A DNA stretch of 56,918 nucleotides. Source: SAR324 cluster bacterium. Lineage in GTDB: Bacteria > SAR324 > NAC60-12. The stretch lies in NCBI GenBank assembly GCA_016764995.1, contig JAESQU010000100.1:1-56918 (forward strand), in the 5' to 3' direction. Within the stretch, counting starts at the first letter, position 1. Each line of letters begins with the position of its first letter. The position numbers and the translations under genes were made by a program. Positions 38,533 to 47,672 of this stretch are shown here, piece by piece. The notes beneath the pieces are model-generated. The model ran no database searches and was not told the DNA's origin. It saw only the letters and a program-made list of their open reading frames with translations.

Positions 38533-39021
38533 GTGGAAGAAAGTATAAATTCAATCGCAGAATTTCGATTAATTCCGGAATATCTTGAAAAAATAAGTGA
38601 AGAAGGAAAAGTCTGGCTGGCCCGCGCAATTGTGAATATTTTGATCGCGGACAAGCATCTGGTTGCAGAGGAAAAAGGGTTTTTCAAAGACGCCATCATG
38701 ATGGTTGAGAATGATGAGATTCGGGGCGAACTGATTGAAGCAATTAAACAACACGAAAGTGTTGAATTGGGAGTATTAGACTGTGACCGGAAATATGCAG
38801 GCCATTTTTTCTTTTTACTCGGAATGGTCATTGCGTCTGATGGGAAGATAATGACTTCCGAAGTTAAAATGCTGTCATCAATCTGCGGCAAATTGGGGTT
38901 TCCTGAAGAAACCTCAAGGGAGGTGTTACATTGGGTGATAGAAATGATAAAACTCAACAATGACCGGAAGCAGATGACTGAACTACTGGGAGAAATAAAA
39001 CCGGTGTTTGTATTAAAATAA
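38533..39021 (+). CDS. TerB-like (tellurite-resistance/DjlA N-domain-like) protein
   Basis: Two repeats of the pattern hhxhhxADGxhxxxExxhh (ILIADKHLVAEEKGFF; VIASDGKIMTSEVKML). GTG start. Confidence 0.45.
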   Translation: MEESINSIAEFRLIPEYLEKISEEGKVWLARAIVNILIADKHLVAEEKGFFKDAIMMVENDEIRGELIEAIKQHESVELGVLDCDRKYAGHFFFLLGMVIASDGKIMTSEVKMLSSICGKLGFPEETSREVLHWVIEMIKLNNDRKQMTELLGEIKPVFVLK

Positions 39022-39071
39022 GTTTTTCTTCAAATATGTTGAATTGTAATTTTTAACAAAAAACTAGAATA

Positions 39072-40001
39072 ATGTCTTTGCTAATTTGTCTGCCTGATTC
39101 ATTTGAGCCTCGTATTTTGTGCTCCTCACTGCAATCACTTGATCCAGAGTTGAAAATTGAAATTGGTCCTGAAAATGTGCAAAATCCAGCTGAAGTGGAG
39201 TTTGCGGTTGTCTGGAATCATCCGCAGGGGCTTTTGCTGAAGTATCCAAATTTGCAAGCAATTTCATCTTACGGACATGGTGCGGACGGTTTGCTTGCGG
39301 ACAAGAAACTTCCGGAAGGTGTGCCGATCGTACGTTTGACAAATGAAACAATGGCAAATTGGATGAGTGAGTATTTGCTGGCCGTGGTACTTCTAAAGCG
39401 GCGTCAATTGCTTGAACATGCCTCAAACCCTGAATTTGTTGAATGGGGAACTGCCGCTCGCCATCCAGGAAATCAGCTCGGAATCCTCGGTTTGGGATAT
39501 TTGGGAAAGGCTGCCGCAAAAGTGTTTTTACAAATGGGATTTGATGTAGCCGGCTGGAGCCGTACCCTCAAACAGATTGAAGGAGTTAGCAGTTATTCTG
39601 GAAGAGATGGTTTGACTGAAATGCTAAATAAAACGGATTATCTCGTCAATATACTTCCGCTCACTGATGAAACTCTTAATTTGTTAAATACTGAAACGTT
39701 ATCTCAACTTAAACGCGGAGCTTACTATATCAATGTCGGACGTGGACAAACTCTTGTTGAGGAAGATCTGATTTCATTATTGGATGCGGGACAGTTATCC
39801 GGAGCATGTCTTGATGTTTTTCGGACAGAGCCTCTGGCAGAGGGACATCCTTTCCGGAAACATAAAAAAATTCTTATAACTCCTCACAATTCATGTTCCA
39901 CACCGCCAGAAGCTGTTGCTCCGCAAATATATGAAAATTACAAACGGGCTATTTCCGGACGTCAGCTTTTGAATTTGGTTGACTTAAAACATGGCTATTG
40001 A
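39072..40001 (+). CDS. ghrA: Glyoxylate/hydroxypyruvate reductase A-like 2-hydroxyacid dehydrogenase
   Basis: It aligns by eye with E. coli GhrA: FAVVWNHP, GILGLGYLGKAAA, VNILPLTDET, NVGRG..LVEEDL, GACLDVF..EPL, ITPHNS. Confidence 0.75.
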   Translation: MSLLICLPDSFEPRILCSSLQSLDPELKIEIGPENVQNPAEVEFAVVWNHPQGLLLKYPNLQAISSYGHGADGLLADKKLPEGVPIVRLTNETMANWMSEYLLAVVLLKRRQLLEHASNPEFVEWGTAARHPGNQLGILGLGYLGKAAAKVFLQMGFDVAGWSRTLKQIEGVSSYSGRDGLTEMLNKTDYLVNILPLTDETLNLLNTETLSQLKRGAYYINVGRGQTLVEEDLISLLDAGQLSGACLDVFRTEPLAEGHPFRKHKKILITPHNSCSTPPEAVAPQIYENYKRAISGRQLLNLVDLKHGY

Positions 40002-40004
40002 ACC

Positions 40005-41117
40005 ATGAATTTCCGCCTCTCCTTTCTTTTCCGGAAATTATTTTTCTTTTACTTAATGATTTTATGTGGATGGCTGGCCTCTTGCGGACTAAGGACTGCA
40101 CCCAGAAATCTTCCGGAAATAAAACAAAAATCAACGTTCAGTGATTTTAAAGTGCGGCAACGGGGTGAGCGAATTCGGTTATCCTGGAAAATCAATGAAG
40201 CCGCAAGGAAAAATGCCCTAAAGAATTTTGATGTAAATTCTGGATTGAAAGATTATTTTCTGATTCGGGAACATCAAATTCCACTTGATTGCATGGCTTG
40301 TGAAACGGTGCTAAGGGCGCCTTTGCGTGTATTATTTTCAAGTAGCGCAATTATTCGTGACGGCAATCATTTGTATTATTATTTAGAACTACCAGAGAGA
40401 GATTTAAAATTACGTGAATATGAGCTAAGTCATTTTGGCCCTGATGAAGAAATGTTGTCTCCGGCGAAAACTGTGAAGTTCGGACAAAGCAAGCTGTTTC
40501 CAAAAGTGCCGGCTCCAAGCATGAAAATAATCCAAATTGAGGATGAAAAACAAACTATCCGATTTTCTTTTGGGAAAGTTGTTTTGAAAAAAACAACTGT
40601 AAATGCAGATGAATCAGCAAAATTGCAGGCACAGAAAAATGCAGATGTTGATAATTCAAAGCTTAATTCGCAGGACAAAAAACAGGAAACAGAAGTTAGG
40701 ACGTTCATTTTAAGATTAACCTGGCCGCAACTTTATGAAAGAGGTTTAAAACGTCTGCAAGGAGAAGGAAATTATTTTGAAGAACAGGAGATTTTTCAGG
40801 TAAATCTTTACCGTGCTCGAAGTGTTGAAACGTGGCCGGAAACTCCAATCAATAGTAAATCCGGTTCAAATAACTACTACCTGGATTCACTAAAATTACA
40901 GATTCGCCGCGCCAATGACCGGCAATTGAATGATTCACTTGCGGAAAGCTCAACTCCGGAACTCCCGTTTTATGTTGATTTGCGAGGTCAAAATGGTGAT
41001 ACTTGGTTATATCACTTGCGGCTGGCAGATCGTTTCGGAAATGAAAGTGTCGCGTCTGAAACTGTCACTGTTCATTTGCCGAAAACTACAATTAACGGAC
41101 AAAGTATCAGTAAATAG
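40005..41117 (+). CDS. Hypothetical lipoprotein
   Basis: Lipobox WLASC after a hydrophobic leader. No other motif. It starts 3 nt after ghrA. Confidence 0.7.
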   Translation: MNFRLSFLFRKLFFFYLMILCGWLASCGLRTAPRNLPEIKQKSTFSDFKVRQRGERIRLSWKINEAARKNALKNFDVNSGLKDYFLIREHQIPLDCMACETVLRAPLRVLFSSSAIIRDGNHLYYYLELPERDLKLREYELSHFGPDEEMLSPAKTVKFGQSKLFPKVPAPSMKIIQIEDEKQTIRFSFGKVVLKKTTVNADESAKLQAQKNADVDNSKLNSQDKKQETEVRTFILRLTWPQLYERGLKRLQGEGNYFEEQEIFQVNLYRARSVETWPETPINSKSGSNNYYLDSLKLQIRRANDRQLNDSLAESSTPELPFYVDLRGQNGDTWLYHLRLADRFGNESVASETVTVHLPKTTINGQSISK

Positions 41118-41144
41118 ACCTTTGTCCCCCTTACTAATTAAGCT

Positions 41145-43043
41145 GTGCAATTCATTAACTCCTTCATTTTTGTAGCGTTAAGCTTACTTCTTTTTGCCGG
41201 ATGTACAGGAAACGGTGAAAACATTCAGCAATTGCTGCTAACAAAAGATAATGTAAACAGTTACATTGAGGAGCAAAAGGTTTTACTTGGCAGTGATGAG
41301 GAAAATGTTATCGCACATTACAATTTAGCCAGATCATATTATTATATAAAAAATTACGAATCAGCAGAACAGCATGCACGTCGTGCCACTCGATTTGATC
41401 CTTTTAATGCGAGTTATTATGAGTTGCTTGGCAGTATCGCTTTTGCGCTGGAACGCTATGGTGATGCCATTACAGAGTTGGCGATTGCAGTTAGAATATC
41501 TCCAGAACGTGTTTCAGCATATTTGAAATTAGCAGCAACGTATGAGAAGATTGATGATTATGGACGCGCGATTTCATCTTTGGAACAGGCGCTACAGGTT
41601 GATAGACTTTATGCTGAAGCGCTGTTCCAATTGTCCAGGATTTATTTGCGTCAACGTGAATTTGAGGGGTCGATACGTACTCTTGAAACTTTACTGAAAC
41701 TTGAGCCGCGGAATAAAGAAGCACTGCTCATAAGAGTTCAAACATATTCTCTTCAAGGCAGTTACTACTATGCTCAAACTCTTGCGGAAGAAATGTTAAA
41801 TCAGTTTCCGGATTATGCACCGATTCGGCGTGAGTTACTTCGGATTCAATTTGCACAGCAGCAATGGCCTGAAGCACAAGCATTGCTGATTCAACTCAGA
41901 TCTAAGAGTTCATTTTCTGTAGAAGACCAACTGATTGAAGCATATTTGCTTTTACATCAAGATCAGGAAAAAGAAGCCCGTCTGCGTTTTGAAACGATCC
42001 TTGAACAGCACCCCAAAAACGTGGATGCGATTATGGGATTAGCTGTACAATTGTTGCGCAAAGGGTTTTTAGATGATTCGCTTAGCTGGTTAACTCGGGG
42101 ACTGGAGATAAATCCACGACTTGCCAGAGCACATTATTTGCGATCCTCGATTTTGTTTCGGCAGGGTGATTATCTGCAGGGAGATTTGGCAATTGGTCGT
42201 GCCTTGGAATTGGACTCTGCAAATCCATCTTATCAGCTTCTTTTTTTACGAAGACAGCTGATGAAGGGCGAATTGTCTGTTGTTGACAAGCAATTAAAAA
42301 GGATTCAGGAAAAACATCCTTTGAATACTGAAGCCTTGCAGTTGCAGGCAGATTTATACAAAAGCCGCGGGAATTCAGTGGAAGCAGAAAAATTGTTGAG
42401 GCAAGCAATTTTGGTTCACGATTCGCCTTCAATTCATTTTTCTCTGGCGAGGGTACTTTATCAACAGAGCAAGTATCGCTCAGTTTTGGAAGTAACAACG
42501 CCACTTTTAGATGTTCTTTCAGGAAATTGGGAAGTTGTTTATTTACATGCTTTGACTCTAAGCCGTGTAGGAAAATATGAAGAAGCACTCGAAATGAGTC
42601 AGCCCTACCTTGAGCGAAAAGAAAGCCAGGGTTATGCGCATCGTCTGGTTGGAGATTTGTTGCGCTACAAAGGGAAAGAGCAGGAAGCACAAAAAATTCT
42701 ACGGAGTGGGTTGGTTCAGTTTCCGGGGCACCTCTTTTTGGTAGATGGTTTGAGTGCATCATTAGTTATGACTGAAGATTGGGAACAAGTCCAGGAGTTG
42801 CTGGAAACAACTTTGGAGCAAAGCCAGCGTCTTTCAGGTAATCCGCCAATGTTACTTTTGTTTCTGGATCGTTTGGCTGTGGCTCATCAGCGTTTAAAGA
42901 AAACAGAGAAGAAACTACAAATTTTACGTAAATTCCATCAGCAAAATGATCCACTTACCGCAGCACAATTGCACTCTTTAGAGGAGCAACTCTTGTTTCC
43001 AATTTCGTTGCCATCTTTGGACAAGGCATTGTCTCCGTTATAA
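41145..43043 (+). CDS. TPR-repeat lipoprotein
   Basis: Lipobox LLFAGC. There are many 34-aa A..Y..LG..Y...G.Y..A......AL..P-type repeats. GTG start. Confidence 0.8.
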   Translation: MQFINSFIFVALSLLLFAGCTGNGENIQQLLLTKDNVNSYIEEQKVLLGSDEENVIAHYNLARSYYYIKNYESAEQHARRATRFDPFNASYYELLGSIAFALERYGDAITELAIAVRISPERVSAYLKLAATYEKIDDYGRAISSLEQALQVDRLYAEALFQLSRIYLRQREFEGSIRTLETLLKLEPRNKEALLIRVQTYSLQGSYYYAQTLAEEMLNQFPDYAPIRRELLRIQFAQQQWPEAQALLIQLRSKSSFSVEDQLIEAYLLLHQDQEKEARLRFETILEQHPKNVDAIMGLAVQLLRKGFLDDSLSWLTRGLEINPRLARAHYLRSSILFRQGDYLQGDLAIGRALELDSANPSYQLLFLRRQLMKGELSVVDKQLKRIQEKHPLNTEALQLQADLYKSRGNSVEAEKLLRQAILVHDSPSIHFSLARVLYQQSKYRSVLEVTTPLLDVLSGNWEVVYLHALTLSRVGKYEEALEMSQPYLERKESQGYAHRLVGDLLRYKGKEQEAQKILRSGLVQFPGHLFLVDGLSASLVMTEDWEQVQELLETTLEQSQRLSGNPPMLLLFLDRLAVAHQRLKKTEKKLQILRKFHQQNDPLTAAQLHSLEEQLLFPISLPSLDKALSPL

Positions 43044-43088
43044 AATCTTTGAAGGCTCAACAATTTAGGTACAAAACATTATAAAAAT

Positions 43089-46000
43089 ATGGGCTCAAAC
43101 AAGAAACAAACAAGCAAGTACAAATCAGCGTTTCATGCCGCTGAAGTGATGTCACACGATCTTTCCTTACTGCGTGGTAAGAAACTCCCAACTTTTTTTG
43201 ATGATTCAGCAATTCTGGGGTTACTGTCTGCTGAAGAGATTGATGAAGAAGTTCAGAAATTGAAGAAAATTGACGTTGACTCCTATATTCAACGTGTGGT
43301 GAATCCTTCTGAATCCAAAAAACGTCCGAGTGCGTCGGAAGTAATTCAGCAATTAGGTGGAAAAATGATTGCTGAAGAAACAGAAGGTCCGCTCTATACT
43401 GCGGAAATTGAATTTTTAATTTCAGGACAAACACGGAGACTGGGATTTATTGCCCAAAATCACAAAATACAAAATGGTGTCTGGTCTCCAACTCACCATC
43501 GGAAAGCCTCAGAAAAGGTGCGCTTCTTTGCTTCGCACAGTATTCCTCTAGTAACGTTTATTGATACGCCAGGTGCGGCCGCAGACGCAGAAGCAAATTT
43601 GGACAACCAATCGCATAGCATTTCATTTTTAATCAGTGAGATGGCTAATTTGCAATTGCCTGTTGTCGGAATTGTTTTTGGAAGTGGTTACAGCGGCGGC
43701 GCGATTCCCTTGGCAACTGCCAATATTCTGCTTTCCGTTCGAGAAGGTGTTTTCAATACTATTCATCCAAAAGGCTTAAGCAACATTGCCCGGAAATATA
43801 ATCTGTCATGGCAGGAGTCGGCAAAACACATTGGTGTTTCAGCATATGAATTAAAGGCTCAGGGGTATTTTGACGGTATCATCGATTATGCTTATGACAG
43901 CCCACATAAGACAAAAAATATCAAGGACGCGATCATCAGCGCGGTAGAAGCAACAGAGAAAAATTCCTGCAAATTTTTAATTGAAAATGATTTTTTCTTC
44001 GACCATTATCGTGACAGTATCTATCATTATCTCCATCCTTCAAAGCTCTTAATAGAAAGCAACAGAGTCACAGATCGATCACCAACAGGCACACTGAACA
44101 TTTTTGGCGATGTTTATCGTTTTATGCGTTACCTCAGATTACGCCAGCGAATTGTCAGTCGCTCAATAGACAGTTATGCGCGGCTCAGTTCACGCCAAAC
44201 TCCTGTTGGGAAATTGCAGGAACGTTTAAAAAACGAACGTCAAGTAAAACTGCAGCAGTGGTACAAAACGTCACTGGAAGTTCGATTTCATGAAAAACTG
44301 AATAAAAGTTTTGAACAGTTTGTCAGTGCCAGGGAAGATCGTGAAAAAGAACGAGGTCGTTTGGTTGCCTTTTTCATCGGCGATCCTCGAGAAAATTATA
44401 AAAAAGCCGTTGATGATCTTACTCTGGAAATCCTGCTTTATCTTTATAATTATTGGAAGGACAGTACTTCAGAAAACATGATAGAACTCTACGAAGAACT
44501 AGGTGAAGTCACTCTTAATGACCGTACACCCAGCAATCCAAATTTATTGGATTTATTAAAAACGACAGTAATTAATCAGAGTTTTAAGGAAAATTTTCAG
44601 AACATACTTCTTTTTGACTTGCTCTACAATCAAGTCATAGAAGCACTACCGACAATTGCAGATGAGTTGAAAGGGACAAATCAAATTTCCCAAAAGTCGG
44701 TAGAACAATTGTTCGAGAAAACCGTTGAAGGAGCAATGAAGGAATTCGAGAAAAATTCTTTGCGACTTGATAGCGATTCTATACGGACAAAATTTTTCAA
44801 GTGGCTGGCAAATTTCATTGACCACAAAGATTGTGATGATGTTTTGGGAACCATCAGTGATTGGAAACGAGTTGTCTTCCCCCGTATGAGTCCTCCGCTG
44901 TTTGGACTTGTGCGCTACTATTTTTCCGGACTGCTGCCTTCACTTTACGAAGCTCAGCAGAAAAAAGGAAAATTTCAAGGAAAAATCACTCCACGTAATA
45001 TCGGCATTAAAGATTTTTGGAATCGTCTGGATCAATCCTACAAGGATTTGCTGATCCAAAATTTGCTACGTGAATACAAAAGCTCTGTCATTACTCCCAC
45101 TAAAGTCATTAACCATTATTTCAAAGACTTTAAGGAATTGTATGCGGATAGAATTACTTCAAATCCGGTTAAATTTCCAGGATTCAGGGAGGCAATTGAA
45201 CAGGCATTGGATAGTGGTGTTACTCCATGTGGTGTGGTGACAGGACTTGGAACATTTGTCCATGAAGAAAATGTAGAAAATGCCACTGACAAAAAAATCA
45301 AAACTAAAAAACAAAAATCATCATATCGTGTCGGTTTGGTTGTTAGTAATGTAGAGTTTCAGGCCGGTGCTTTTGATATGGCAAGTTGTGAAAAAGTTTG
45401 CCGTTTGCTTGATGACTGCGCACGTTTGAAATTACCGGTTATCTTTTTCATCTCTTCTGCGGGAATGCAAACCAAAGAAGGCGGCGGATCTTTATTCTCG
45501 ATGGCAATCATAAATGAACGCATTACTCGATTTGTGAAAGATTTGGACCTTCCGGTTTTATGTTTCGGTTTTCGTGACTGCACCGGAGGTGCGCAAGCAA
45601 GTTTTGTGACGCATTTGCTTGTTCGTACATATTATTTTTCTGGATCACAAATTCCCTTTGCGGGACAGTTGGTTGTGGAAAGTCACTTGCCTGCCCATTC
45701 TACTTTATCGAATTACCTCTCTACAAATCCAGGTACAATGGATGGTCTGGTAAAAAATCCTTTTGACAAAAAAATTGATGAAAAGCTACAGGAAATTGAC
45801 CCACAAATTCCGATTGCGAAATTTTCCGTAGAGGAAATTATTTCACGTATCTTGTCAGGCGAATATCAGTTGTCAGAAGAAGACGAAGTTCAGACATATT
45901 CTACACAGGAAAATTTGCATGCCAATGAGATCAAGCGAGTCCTGATTCACGCGCGTGGATGCACGGCTGCCCGTCTTATACGTGGTACCCAAGATGCGGG

Positions 46001-47672
46001 AATGGAAGTGGTTCTAGTGGCCTCAGATCCGGATATGGAAAGTTATCCAGCAACAATGTTACGGGCGAAAGATCGTCTGGTTTGCATTGGAGGAAATACA
46101 CCTCAGGATAGTTATTTAAACGGAATGAGCGTGATCCGGATTGCTGAACAGGAGGAAGTTGACGCAATTCATCCCGGCATAGGATTTTTATCAGAATCAC
46201 CGCATTATGCCAGGATTTGCCGCGAACACGGTTTCAACTTTGTTGGGCCACGTGTCGCGAATATGGATAGAATGGGCAACAAATCAAATGCAATTGCGAC
46301 TGCACGAAATTTAAATATACCTGTAGTTCCAGGCAGTGAGGGTGCCTTAATGGATCCTGTTCATGCCATGGGTGTTGCCGCAGAAATTGGATTCCCTGTA
46401 CTGATTAAAGCGGCACATGGCGGTGGTGGAAAAGGGATTGAAGTGGTCAAAGAAGCAGGGCGCTTCAAATCAATTTTTTCACGTATGTTTCAAGAAGCCT
46501 TAAGCGCATTTGGTAATGGAGATTTGTATTTGGAAAAATTCGTCGGCTCGATGCGTCACCTTGAAGTACAAATAATCCGGGACATGCATGGTAATTCAAA
46601 ATTATTGGGTATTCGTGATTGCTCAGTTCAACGAAATTACCAAAAACTGATTGAGGAAACTGCTTCCGGAATTCCGAAAAATATTAAGGAACAGGTTTTT
46701 GATTATGCAGGCAAATTGATTGACGAGATTGATTACATTGGCGCGGGAACAGTCGAATTTATTTATGATCTTGATCAAAAATGTGTGTATTTTATGGAAA
46801 TGAATACTCGGCTGCAAGTTGAACATCCTGTATCAGAAATGGTTTCCGGAACCGATTTGGTAAGCCTCCAGTTTGAAGTAACACAAGGTCACAACATTGG
46901 AGAACTGGATTTTAAACTCAATGGTCATGCCATAGAATTACGTGTGATTGCGGAAAAAATCGAAATGGACGATGACGGTGAATTGCGATTTATTCCTGAT
47001 CCGGGTCATTTAACAGAAGTGTTTTTTCCGGAAAAAGCAAATGTGCGGGTTATACAATCCGTGACATCAGGTTCCATTGTTTCACCTTTCTACGATAGTC
47101 TTATCGCACAAATCATTTGCTGGGGAAAATCACGCAGGGAAGCAATTAGCAGTTTGCTCGAATTTTTAAAAGGAGTTAGAATTCATGGTGTTTCCACCAA
47201 CTTGGCATTGAATCGGGTAATTTTACAGGATCCTGCCTTTAAAAAAGGACGTTTCAGTACTAAGTATCTTGTAGAGTTATTTGAAAGAATTGATGGAAAA
47301 AAACTATTAAGAGAGGCACAAAAAGATGCGGGAACAGCAAAAAGTGCAGTGGACCAGAAGGCAATTATGCTGGAAGGTTCAAATGAGTTGAAAGTGCTTT
47401 CACCACAGATGGGCGGTTTTTATCGTGCAGCGTCCAGAGAGGATGAGCCATTTATCAGTGAAGGTCAAATCATTGACGTCAATCATATTCTGTGTCTGCT
47501 GGAATCAATGAAAGTTTTCACAGAATTATCTTTGGCAGACTACAAAAGTCCTGATGGCGAAGCATTATATCCGGATAATGTAAAATACAAAGTTTCTCGA
47601 GTTATTGCTGAAGACCAAAGCACTGTCAACCAGGGTGATTTGCTGTTTGTGATGCAGCCTGTGGATGCTTGA
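43089..47672 (+). CDS. Single-chain biotin-dependent carboxylase: AccA-like CT-alpha + ~450-aa linker + AccD-like CT-beta + biotin carboxylase + BCCP
   Basis: PLVTFIDTPGAAAD and GSGYSGGAIPLA (AccA-like). VEFQAGAFDMAS..FISSAGMQTKEGGGSLFSM..CTGGAQASF (AccD-like). GGGGKG, RDCSVQR and EMNTRLQVEHPVSE (AccC-like). LLESMKVF biotinyl-Lys motif (AAA at 47511-47513). Confidence 0.9.
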   Translation: MGSNKKQTSKYKSAFHAAEVMSHDLSLLRGKKLPTFFDDSAILGLLSAEEIDEEVQKLKKIDVDSYIQRVVNPSESKKRPSASEVIQQLGGKMIAEETEGPLYTAEIEFLISGQTRRLGFIAQNHKIQNGVWSPTHHRKASEKVRFFASHSIPLVTFIDTPGAAADAEANLDNQSHSISFLISEMANLQLPVVGIVFGSGYSGGAIPLATANILLSVREGVFNTIHPKGLSNIARKYNLSWQESAKHIGVSAYELKAQGYFDGIIDYAYDSPHKTKNIKDAIISAVEATEKNSCKFLIENDFFFDHYRDSIYHYLHPSKLLIESNRVTDRSPTGTLNIFGDVYRFMRYLRLRQRIVSRSIDSYARLSSRQTPVGKLQERLKNERQVKLQQWYKTSLEVRFHEKLNKSFEQFVSAREDREKERGRLVAFFIGDPRENYKKAVDDLTLEILLYLYNYWKDSTSENMIELYEELGEVTLNDRTPSNPNLLDLLKTTVINQSFKENFQNILLFDLLYNQVIEALPTIADELKGTNQISQKSVEQLFEKTVEGAMKEFEKNSLRLDSDSIRTKFFKWLANFIDHKDCDDVLGTISDWKRVVFPRMSPPLFGLVRYYFSGLLPSLYEAQQKKGKFQGKITPRNIGIKDFWNRLDQSYKDLLIQNLLREYKSSVITPTKVINHYFKDFKELYADRITSNPVKFPGFREAIEQALDSGVTPCGVVTGLGTFVHEENVENATDKKIKTKKQKSSYRVGLVVSNVEFQAGAFDMASCEKVCRLLDDCARLKLPVIFFISSAGMQTKEGGGSLFSMAIINERITRFVKDLDLPVLCFGFRDCTGGAQASFVTHLLVRTYYFSGSQIPFAGQLVVESHLPAHSTLSNYLSTNPGTMDGLVKNPFDKKIDEKLQEIDPQIPIAKFSVEEIISRILSGEYQLSEEDEVQTYSTQENLHANEIKRVLIHARGCTAARLIRGTQDAGMEVVLVASDPDMESYPATMLRAKDRLVCIGGNTPQDSYLNGMSVIRIAEQEEVDAIHPGIGFLSESPHYARICREHGFNFVGPRVANMDRMGNKSNAIATARNLNIPVVPGSEGALMDPVHAMGVAAEIGFPVLIKAAHGGGGKGIEVVKEAGRFKSIFSRMFQEALSAFGNGDLYLEKFVGSMRHLEVQIIRDMHGNSKLLGIRDCSVQRNYQKLIEETASGIPKNIKEQVFDYAGKLIDEIDYIGAGTVEFIYDLDQKCVYFMEMNTRLQVEHPVSEMVSGTDLVSLQFEVTQGHNIGELDFKLNGHAIELRVIAEKIEMDDDGELRFIPDPGHLTEVFFPEKANVRVIQSVTSGSIVSPFYDSLIAQIICWGKSRREAISSLLEFLKGVRIHGVSTNLALNRVILQDPAFKKGRFSTKYLVELFERIDGKKLLREAQKDAGTAKSAVDQKAIMLEGSNELKVLSPQMGGFYRAASREDEPFISEGQIIDVNHILCLLESMKVFTELSLADYKSPDGEALYPDNVKYKVSRVIAEDQSTVNQGDLLFVMQPVDA

